64,000 bases of DNA from Patescibacteria group bacterium (lineage in GTDB: Bacteria > Patescibacteriota > Patescibacteriia > JAXHNJ01): contig JBDRMK010000011.1 of NCBI GenBank assembly GCA_043812155.1, positions 16,111-80,110 on the forward strand, in the 5' to 3' direction. Positions within the stretch are counted from its first letter, which is position 1. Each line of letters begins with the position of its first letter. A program made the translations under genes and the position numbers. The notes under the pieces are model-generated. The model ran no database searches. It was not told the DNA's origin and saw only the letters and a list, made by a program, of their open reading frames with translations. Shown piece by piece: positions 57,329 through 64,000 of this stretch.

Positions 57329-58447
57329 ATGAGCGAAGAAATTTCAATCTTAGATAAAATTATCACTTCCAAGCAAGCCATGGATATATCTTCTTTTAAT
57401 CCCTCGGATATGGTCTCGCGCTTGTTAAAGCTTGTTTCTGAGAAAGAGGAAGATATTTTGCGCCGACGTTATGGCTTGAACGGTAAAAATGAAGAAACAT
57501 TAGAGCAGATCGGTAAATCATACCAGGTAACGCGGGAAAGAATCAGGCAAATTGAAAATACGGCGGTCTCAAGCATTAAAAATAATAAAGATTTTGACCT
57601 GATATCCCACTCCGTTGAGAGTATTATTACTAATATTTTTCATCAATATGGCGGCATTATGGAGGAAGAATTTTTTTATAATAAGCTTTTGAGCTTGAGC
57701 GGAGAATCAACGGCAAATAAAAATTCGGTAAATTTTTTAATCTCACGTCTTTTAAGCCAAAAATATAAAAAAATTATCTTGCCAGAGTGGCATGATTCCT
57801 GGCAGTTAAGATCCCAAAGTTTGGATATACTGGAAGAAACCAAAGCGGTATTTCTTAAAATATTACAGGAAAAGGCCAAGCCGCTTTACATCGACGAAGT
57901 TATTAAGATATTTAGGGAATCGGACGTTTTTGCCAAGCACCAATCATTTTTAAATGACGACGTTATCACTTCGTATTTAAAAGTGATAAGAGAGGTGTCT
58001 TTGAATCCTTATGATGAGTATGGTCTGGAAACCTGGGGCACGATAAAACCGAAAAGGATAAACGATAAGATATATTTAGTTTTAAAAAAACACGGTCAGC
58101 CTCTTCATTTTACTAAAATCGCCGAGATGATAAATAAGGCGGGTTTTGATCATAAAAAAGCCTATCCGCCCACCGTCCACAATGAATTAATTTTGAATAA
58201 GCAATATGTTCTAGTCGGCCGGGGCATTTACGCCCTTAAAGAATGGGGTTACAAATCCGGGGTCGTGGCTGATGTGCTGGAAGAGATTTTACGTTCGGAG
58301 GGCCAGCCTCTCAGCCGGGAGCAGCTGATTAATAAAGTTTTAGAAAAAAGAATGGTTAAGAAAAACACGATATTATTGGCTTTAACCGATAAAAGCAGGT
58401 TCCAAAAATCATCCGATGACTTATATACTTTGAATATAAATAAGTAA
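57329..58447 (+). CDS. DNA-binding protein with N-terminal sigma-70 region-4-like HTH and C-terminal HARE-HTH-like winged helix
   Basis: ..LEQIGKSYQVTRERIRQIENTAV.. (sigma70 r4-like); ..GQPLHFTKIAEMI..YVLVGRGIYALKEWGY.. (HARE-HTH-like). Confidence 0.45.
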   Translation: MSEEISILDKIITSKQAMDISSFNPSDMVSRLLKLVSEKEEDILRRRYGLNGKNEETLEQIGKSYQVTRERIRQIENTAVSSIKNNKDFDLISHSVESIITNIFHQYGGIMEEEFFYNKLLSLSGESTANKNSVNFLISRLLSQKYKKIILPEWHDSWQLRSQSLDILEETKAVFLKILQEKAKPLYIDEVIKIFRESDVFAKHQSFLNDDVITSYLKVIREVSLNPYDEYGLETWGTIKPKRINDKIYLVLKKHGQPLHFTKIAEMINKAGFDHKKAYPPTVHNELILNKQYVLVGRGIYALKEWGYKSGVVADVLEEILRSEGQPLSREQLINKVLEKRMVKKNTILLALTDKSRFQKSSDDLYTLNINK

Positions 58448-58459
58448 ACGTTAATTTTA

Positions 58460-59887
58460 ATGGATATAGTTTTTAATATTACCGGAGCCGGCTACACTGA
58501 TTCTTACTTTGCCCCTTTGGTGGCCATGTGGGTTTTGATAGTTAAAGGGGGTTGGGTTGTTTTGTTATTTGCCATTATTCTCGGTCTCTGGTGGGCTTGG
58601 ATCACCTGGCGCAAGAATCTTTATGACGCATCCATAAAAAACATTATTCTGGCCATTGATGTCCCAAAAGAAAATGAGCAAACCCCCAAAGCCGTGGAAA
58701 ATATATTTTCTCATCTGCACGGCGTCAGAAAAGGCGGCAATCTCCTGGAAAAAATATTAAAAGGGTATAACCAGCAGGGTTTCAGCCTGGAAATAATCAG
58801 TATCGGCGGTTATATCCAGTTTTTGATCAGGACGCCGGAAGTTCATCGTGATCTGGTGGAAGCGGCTATCTACGCCCAATATCCTAATGCCGAGATCACG
58901 GAAGTGGAAGACTACACCCAGCGTTACAAAGTCCGGTTTCCCAACGATGAATATGATATATACGGTTGCCATTATAAACTGGAAAAAAATGACGTATATC
59001 CCATAAGAACCTATGTTGCTTTTGAAGATTCCTCGACCAAGGAAGTCTTTAAAGATCCTATGGCCTCTTTGCTGGAAATTTTGAGCCGGGTCAGAGAAGG
59101 AGAGGAGATTTGGCTGCAATTTGTGATCGCTCCCCAATCAAGCGGTAAATGGCGGGAAAAGGGGATCCGGGTGATCAGGAAATTAATAGGGGCAAAAACT
59201 GAAAAAAAAGGCAAAGATGCCCTTTGGCTGCCGCGCAACATTGTTCACGGCGTGAGCGAGTCTTTTACCGCTTCCATTGTTCCGCCGTCTGATATGGCCG
59301 CGGATGAAGAGTCCAAGCAAATTCTAAAATGGCCGACCATGATTCAGCATTTGCCCGCCTGGGAAAAAAACGTGGTGGAAGCGGTCGGCATTAAAATCTC
59401 AAAAATTACTTTTGTGACTAAGATGCGTCTTGTATATTTGGCAAGAAAAGATATTTTTAAACGCAAGCGCTTAATTCCGGCTATTGAGGGGGCTTTAAAG
59501 CAATACAATACCCTTGACCTTAATGGTCTTAGAAGGGATAAGAAATCGGAAACAAAAGTTGTTTACCCTCCTTTTAAATCAATTGTTGAGTGGCGCCAAA
59601 ATAACCGTAAAAGAAGGATTTTATGGGGCTATATATACAGGAGCGGCGTTCGGGGACGCAGCCCCTTTGTCTTGAATATAGAAGAGCTGGCCACTCTTTA
59701 TCATTTCCCCATTATGACCGTGAAAGCGCCGATGGTTAAAAAAACTGAGGCAAAAAAAGCGGAACCGCCGGTTGCTTTGCCTTTAGAGCAAGTTTTTCCC
59801 TTAAGAAAGAAAGGGGAAGGCGGTGAAAATCTTAACGAAGTTTTGGAAAAGAAGGCCGTTTTTCCCGAAAATTTACCATTTGCTTAA
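58460..59887 (+). CDS. membrane protein (two N-terminal TM helices) preceding coupling-protein-like ATPase
   Basis: ..FAPLVAMWVLIVKGGWVVLLFAIILGLWWAWITW.. then 400-aa soluble domain without recognised motif. Confidence 0.35.
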   Translation: MDIVFNITGAGYTDSYFAPLVAMWVLIVKGGWVVLLFAIILGLWWAWITWRKNLYDASIKNIILAIDVPKENEQTPKAVENIFSHLHGVRKGGNLLEKILKGYNQQGFSLEIISIGGYIQFLIRTPEVHRDLVEAAIYAQYPNAEITEVEDYTQRYKVRFPNDEYDIYGCHYKLEKNDVYPIRTYVAFEDSSTKEVFKDPMASLLEILSRVREGEEIWLQFVIAPQSSGKWREKGIRVIRKLIGAKTEKKGKDALWLPRNIVHGVSESFTASIVPPSDMAADEESKQILKWPTMIQHLPAWEKNVVEAVGIKISKITFVTKMRLVYLARKDIFKRKRLIPAIEGALKQYNTLDLNGLRRDKKSETKVVYPPFKSIVEWRQNNRKRRILWGYIYRSGVRGRSPFVLNIEELATLYHFPIMTVKAPMVKKTEAKKAEPPVALPLEQVFPLRKKGEGGENLNEVLEKKAVFPENLPFA

Positions 59888-59894
59888 TTTAAAT

Positions 59895-61541
59895 ATGGCT
59901 TTCCCTCAAAATCCAATTGATGATGTTACGCCCTTTGGCCTGACAAATTTCCGCAATTTGCGGCGTAAGTTTGGTATTAAGGTAGATGACCGCCGAAGAC
60001 ATATGTATCTCATCGGAAAAACCGGCATGGGTAAATCCACCACCATTGAAAATATGATCATTGATGATATCAGAAAGGGGAAAGGAGTCGCCCTCATTGA
60101 TCCTTTAGGCGATTTGGTGGAAAAAGTTATTGAATTTATTCCGAGTTACCGGGTGAATGACGTGGTATATTTTAATCCTTCAGATTTAAATTATCCCATT
60201 GCTTTTAATGTCTTAGAGTCGGTTGATCCGACTCATCATCATCTGGTCACTTCCGGCCTGATTGCTGTTTTTAAGAAAATTTGGGTTGACTCCTGGGGCC
60301 CGAGACTGGAATACGTCTTGCGTAATACAATTTTAGCCCTGTTGGAATATCCGGGGAGCACCCTGCTCGGGGTCACCCGTCTTTTGGTTGATAAAAATTT
60401 CCGCGCTAAAGTCATCAGTCGTTTGACCGATCCTATTGTCAAAGCTTTTTGGGTAGATGAATATTCCGCCTATTCCAACCAATTTAGAACGGAAGCGATT
60501 TCGCCTATTCAAAATAAGGTCGGCCAATTTCTTTCCAGTTCAGTTATCAGGAATATCGTCGGTCAGTCAAAAAGCACCATTGATATGCGTGAAATAATGG
60601 ACAACGGTAAGATTCTTCTTCTTAATTTAGCAAAAGGCAGGATTGGCGAGGATAATTCTTCACTTTTAGGTGCGATGATGGTGACAAAAATTCAATTGGC
60701 GGGCATGAGCCGGGTGGATATACCTGAAGAACAGCGAAATGATTTTTATCTTTACGTTGATGAATTTCAAAATTTCGCCACCGAGAGTTTTGGGACGATT
60801 CTTTCTGAAGCGAGAAAATACCGCCTAAATTTAACCTTGGCTCACCAATACATTGAACAGCTGGATGAAAAAGTGGCGGCGGCGGTTTTCGGCAACGTCG
60901 GCACGATCGTATGTTTTCGGGTCGGAGCGGCCGACGCCGAATTTTTAGTCAAAGAATTCGACCCGGTTTTTTCCGAAACCGACCTGGTTAATTTAACCAA
61001 GTTTGAAGTTTACTTAAAATTAATGATTGACGGCGTTTCCTCCGAACCTTTTTCCGCTCTGACCTTGCCCCCTTTAACCGACGTGGAAGGCAATAAAGAG
61101 AAAATTATCAATGTGTCGCGGGAAAGATATTCCATACCCAGAGAAGAAATAGAGGAAAAAATCCTCCGCTGGAGCGGTATGTCGGAAATGTATAAAGAAA
61201 CCGCCCAGCAGGAAAATATTGTCGCGGAAAGAAGACTGAGTAATACCCGCGAATACCGGCCTGAAGAAAAAGAAACTAGGCCAAAAATCGATTTCCGCAA
61301 GGAAAAAATTTTACCGGTGGAATCCATCAAACCGAGCGAAGAGATCTCTTTAAACGAGGCTTTAAAGCGGGAGCCGATCCCATTTGGCCGGCGAAGAAGC
61401 CAGGAAAAAAGAATTGAAAGAACCAATGATCAAAGTCGCCCTGAGAAAAAATCCTTTCCAACGCCAAATTATACCGTCCCTGCTTTAAAACCCCATCAGC
61501 AGACTCTTAAACCCGGCCAAGTTATAAGGCTGGACCGATAA
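59895..61541 (+). CDS. TraD/TraG/VirD4 (type IV coupling protein)-like P-loop ATPase lacking own TM anchor; long charged disordered C-terminal tail
   Basis: Walker A ..IGKTGMGKST.., Walker B ..FYLYVDEFQNF.., TraG-D_C-like ..SEARKYRLNLTLAHQYIEQL..; start chosen at MAFPQNPIDD after upstream stop. Confidence 0.55.
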   Translation: MAFPQNPIDDVTPFGLTNFRNLRRKFGIKVDDRRRHMYLIGKTGMGKSTTIENMIIDDIRKGKGVALIDPLGDLVEKVIEFIPSYRVNDVVYFNPSDLNYPIAFNVLESVDPTHHHLVTSGLIAVFKKIWVDSWGPRLEYVLRNTILALLEYPGSTLLGVTRLLVDKNFRAKVISRLTDPIVKAFWVDEYSAYSNQFRTEAISPIQNKVGQFLSSSVIRNIVGQSKSTIDMREIMDNGKILLLNLAKGRIGEDNSSLLGAMMVTKIQLAGMSRVDIPEEQRNDFYLYVDEFQNFATESFGTILSEARKYRLNLTLAHQYIEQLDEKVAAAVFGNVGTIVCFRVGAADAEFLVKEFDPVFSETDLVNLTKFEVYLKLMIDGVSSEPFSALTLPPLTDVEGNKEKIINVSRERYSIPREEIEEKILRWSGMSEMYKETAQQENIVAERRLSNTREYRPEEKETRPKIDFRKEKILPVESIKPSEEISLNEALKREPIPFGRRRSQEKRIERTNDQSRPEKKSFPTPNYTVPALKPHQQTLKPGQVIRLDR

Positions 61542-61559
61542 TAATTAAGCGGTTTAAAT

Positions 61560-61859
61560 TTGAAATCATACAAAGCCGTTATTTCCGTAATTCTATATTT
61601 TTTCTTTACTTACACTCTTTTTGCCTTTATTGTCTCACCTGTTCTTGGGATAAAAAGCGACCTTTATATTAGTTTTAAAACTTCATTTGGGAGCACTCTA
61701 GTGTATTTGGTCATTATATTATTCAGAAAATTATCTTCTCAAAAGGTAAATTATGAAGTTCAGCGCGAAGTGGCAAGATATTCAAAAATATATTCTATTC
61801 TAAGCCAGTTTTTTTTATATATAATCATTATTTCCGTGGTATATAGTTTTGTCGCTTAA
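61560..61859 (+). CDS. hypothetical small membrane protein
   Basis: 99 aa, 3 TM. Confidence 0.3.
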   Translation: MKSYKAVISVILYFFFTYTLFAFIVSPVLGIKSDLYISFKTSFGSTLVYLVIILFRKLSSQKVNYEVQREVARYSKIYSILSQFFLYIIIISVVYSFVA

Positions 61860-61912
61860 TTTACGAAATATAGCATATGCTATATAATAAAATAAAGAAT
61901 AACGGCTAACCT

Positions 61913-62983
61913 ATGAAAATTTCTGAATTTAAAGAATGTAGAGAGCTTAATCTGAAATTTTTCGAATGTCCCTCCTCTCTTTTTTTATTAAACGGTATTA
62001 TTACCGTTATTTTAATCATATCCACTTTTATAATCACCCGTAAATTTTATTCGGAAGAGATCGCTTTTTTGTGCATCGTCTTTATTACGGTTGTGATGAT
62101 GGTTATTTCATACTTTGTCCATGCAGGTACTTCAAAAGTCGCCACCTCCAAAAAAAGATTGCAGGAAAGCAACGGTCAATTACGCGACACCCTTTTAAAA
62201 CTCAAAGAGGCGGAAAAAAGGCAGCAGGAGTTCACTCATATGATGGTTCATGATTTACGCTCACCCCTAAATGGGATACGCATGGTTTCGGAAATGGTGA
62301 TATCTGATTTAAAGAAAAAAGGATTGGCGGATTTATCAGAACCGTTGTCTTTAATAAATCAAAATGCGGTCAGTATGCTGACCGACGTCAATGATATACT
62401 TGATGTCGCGAAAATCGAAGCCGGCATGTTTAAACTTGATAAAAAAAAGGGAGATTTAATAAAATTGACTCAGAATATAATCCAGTATTTTATGCCAATG
62501 GCAGAAGGGAAAAATCTTATTTTGGAATTGAAGGGGGCGGATGCCCTGCCGGCCTTAAAATTTGACAAAGGGGCGATACGGCAGGTTTTTGAGAATCTGA
62601 TTTCTAATTCATTGAAATTTACCCCCGCTGGAGGCCGCATTACTGTACAGCTTTTAAAGCATCAAAAAAACACGGATATAAACGAGGAAGCGAAAAAACA
62701 GGGGATCAGCTGGCATTTAAAAGGCGGCGATATAAAATTAAACAGTCAGCCTGATTCTGTAGTCGTATCGGTCACGGATAACGGCGAAGGCATTTCACTG
62801 CCTAATTTATCCCGTCTTTTTAATAAGTTCGAATCAATGAAAATGTCGAGTAAGACCGGAGAGAAAGGGACGGGTTTAGGTTTGGTCATCGTTAAAGGGA
62901 TGATTGAAGCCCATGGAGGCGTGGTCGGGGTGGCAGCGAAAGAAGGCGTGGGCACGACTTTTTACTTTAATATACCTGTATAA
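61913..62983 (+). CDS. sensor histidine kinase (2 TM, HisKA + HATPase_c)
   Basis: H-box ..FTHMMVHDLRSPLNGI.., G2 box ..GTGLGLVIVKGMIEAHGG.. Confidence 0.8.
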   Translation: MKISEFKECRELNLKFFECPSSLFLLNGIITVILIISTFIITRKFYSEEIAFLCIVFITVVMMVISYFVHAGTSKVATSKKRLQESNGQLRDTLLKLKEAEKRQQEFTHMMVHDLRSPLNGIRMVSEMVISDLKKKGLADLSEPLSLINQNAVSMLTDVNDILDVAKIEAGMFKLDKKKGDLIKLTQNIIQYFMPMAEGKNLILELKGADALPALKFDKGAIRQVFENLISNSLKFTPAGGRITVQLLKHQKNTDINEEAKKQGISWHLKGGDIKLNSQPDSVVVSVTDNGEGISLPNLSRLFNKFESMKMSSKTGEKGTGLGLVIVKGMIEAHGGVVGVAAKEGVGTTFYFNIPV

Positions 62984-63001
62984 TTATTAAATATAAATAT
63001 T

Positions 63002-63382
63002 ATGAACACTAAAAAAATTTTAATCATCGAGGACGAAGCAGCGATTCTATATTCCCTAAAAGCGCGGTTAACAGTTGAGGGAATTAATACTTTGACCGCT
63101 TCTTCAGCGGAAGAAGGTTTTGAAATATTAAAAAAAGAAAAACCCGACGTCATACTTTTGGATATTATTTTGCCGCAGATGGATGGATTGTCTTTTATGA
63201 AGCAATTAAAAAACGACAAATCTTACCAGGATATCCCGATTATAATAATGTCAAATTTAAACAAAAAGGATAAAATTGAAAAAAGCCTTAAATTAGGCGC
63301 AAAAGATTATATCGTTAAATCGGAGTTTAATCTCGAATCATTAATTAACAAGATTAAAGATGTCATTACCCATGTCTCTTAA
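63002..63382 (+). CDS. single-domain response regulator (receiver only)
   Basis: ..KILIIEDEAA.., phospho-acceptor Asp in ..VILLDIILPQMDG.., Lys in ..KDYIVK.. Confidence 0.8.
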   Translation: MNTKKILIIEDEAAILYSLKARLTVEGINTLTASSAEEGFEILKKEKPDVILLDIILPQMDGLSFMKQLKNDKSYQDIPIIIMSNLNKKDKIEKSLKLGAKDYIVKSEFNLESLINKIKDVITHVS

Positions 63383-63761
63383 TAATAAGCGAATTTTGGT
63401 TATTGAGGACGACCCGGCAGAACTTTTTGCCATGAAAAAAATGATCCAGGAGGCTGGTTATGAGATTTTGACCGCCTCTGACGGCCAGACCGGATTGAAT
63501 CTCATTAAAAAGGAAAAACCTGATTTAGTCTTTCTGGATATTATCTTGCCCAAGATAAACGGCTTCGATATTTTAGAGCTGGTAAAAAAAGACCCCCAGG
63601 TCATGAAAATACCTATTATCGTTTTGACCAACCTAAACGACGAAGAGACAGCCATGAAATCTAGAACGCTAGGCGCGGCCGATCATTTAATAAAAATGCA
63701 GGTTTATCCCCATGATATTATCCGTAAAATAGATAAATTCTTAAATATCGATCAGGTATAA
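63372..63761 (+). CDS. second single-domain response regulator (receiver only)
   Basis: ..KRILVIEDDPAE.., ..LVFLDIILPKINGFD..; overlaps upstream gene end. Confidence 0.75.
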   Translation: MSLNNKRILVIEDDPAELFAMKKMIQEAGYEILTASDGQTGLNLIKKEKPDLVFLDIILPKINGFDILELVKKDPQVMKIPIIVLTNLNDEETAMKSRTLGAADHLIKMQVYPHDIIRKIDKFLNIDQV

Positions 63762-63889
63762 ATAATCGATTAGCAACATTCTAATGAGCAGCGTCCAAAT
63801 AATTCCTTTTAGAGAGGAATTATTTGATTTTTACCGGTAAAAATGGTATTTTTAATTGGCATTAAAAACCATAGAATTAAACAATTTAT

Positions 63890-64000
63890 TATGCGGATTG
63901 AAAAAAATCAACCAAATTCGGCTATTGAGTCAATCAGACCCAGAAAAAACCGTCTTAAAATGTTTTTAACCTTGATTCTTGCCGTTTTAATTTTAGTCGT
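63890..64000 (+). CDS. 5' part of a hypothetical membrane protein continuing beyond window
   Basis: ATG then TM-like ..MFLTLILAVLILV.. open to window end. Confidence 0.2.

Noticed and set aside
1-64000. tRNA genes and CRISPR arrays
   Set aside because: Scanned for T-loop consensus (GTTCGAAT/GTTCAAAT and complements) and for regularly spaced direct repeats. None were found. The REP doublets are palindromic and adjacent to a RAYT, not spacer-separated CRISPR repeats.

Overview
The window is AT-rich (about 40% GC by eye), gene-dense, and its native genes almost never have a Shine-Dalgarno (SD) sequence. It looks like a reduced-genome bacterium, plausibly a CPR/Patescibacteria member, with a type IV pilus locus, a GT-C glycosyltransferase and an otherwise reduced gene set.

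Recognisable content:
- dTDP-rhamnose genes rmlC, rmlB, rmlD and rmlA, scattered rather than in one operon.
- An adenosine-kinase-like gene translationally coupled to ahcY.
- A REP-associated tyrosine transposase (RAYT) flanked by REP palindrome doublets.
- The threonine catabolism pair tdh and kbl.
- ctpA, rplI, pyrG, rpmA and iscS.
- A nine-gene minus-strand type IV pilus locus: pilB, pilC, two pilins, a giant beta-helix protein, pilM, pilN, pilO.
- A dcw-type cell-wall cluster: mraY, murD, ftsW, murG, murC, murB.
- A polyamine operon: speA, a deoxyhypusine-synthase-like gene, speB and an FmdE-like gene.
- secA, rdgB, secD and secF.
- A split coupling-protein-like ATPase with its membrane partner.
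- A histidine kinase with two receiver-only response regulators.

Most notable observations:
1. A clear heliorhodopsin gene with its own promoter, followed after 5 bp by a membrane-anchored Gmad2/Ig-like protein.
2. Two small GC-rich islands inside the dcw cluster. All five of their genes carry strong AGGAGG SD sites, unlike essentially every native gene.
3. SecD carrying an inserted parvulin-type PPIase domain.
4. An FG-GAP beta-propeller fused to an L,D-transpeptidase.
5. Two +1 frameshifts, both in A9 tracts, affecting pyrG and pilB. These are either a homopolymer sequencing error or slippage-rescued.
6. A relic duplicate of the kbl 3' end lying in an 800-bp repeat-rich intergenic region.
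7. Several dispersed palindromic repeat families.
8. C/A/T-rich tandem octamer leaders directly upstream of start codons.

No tRNA, rRNA or CRISPR array was recognised.
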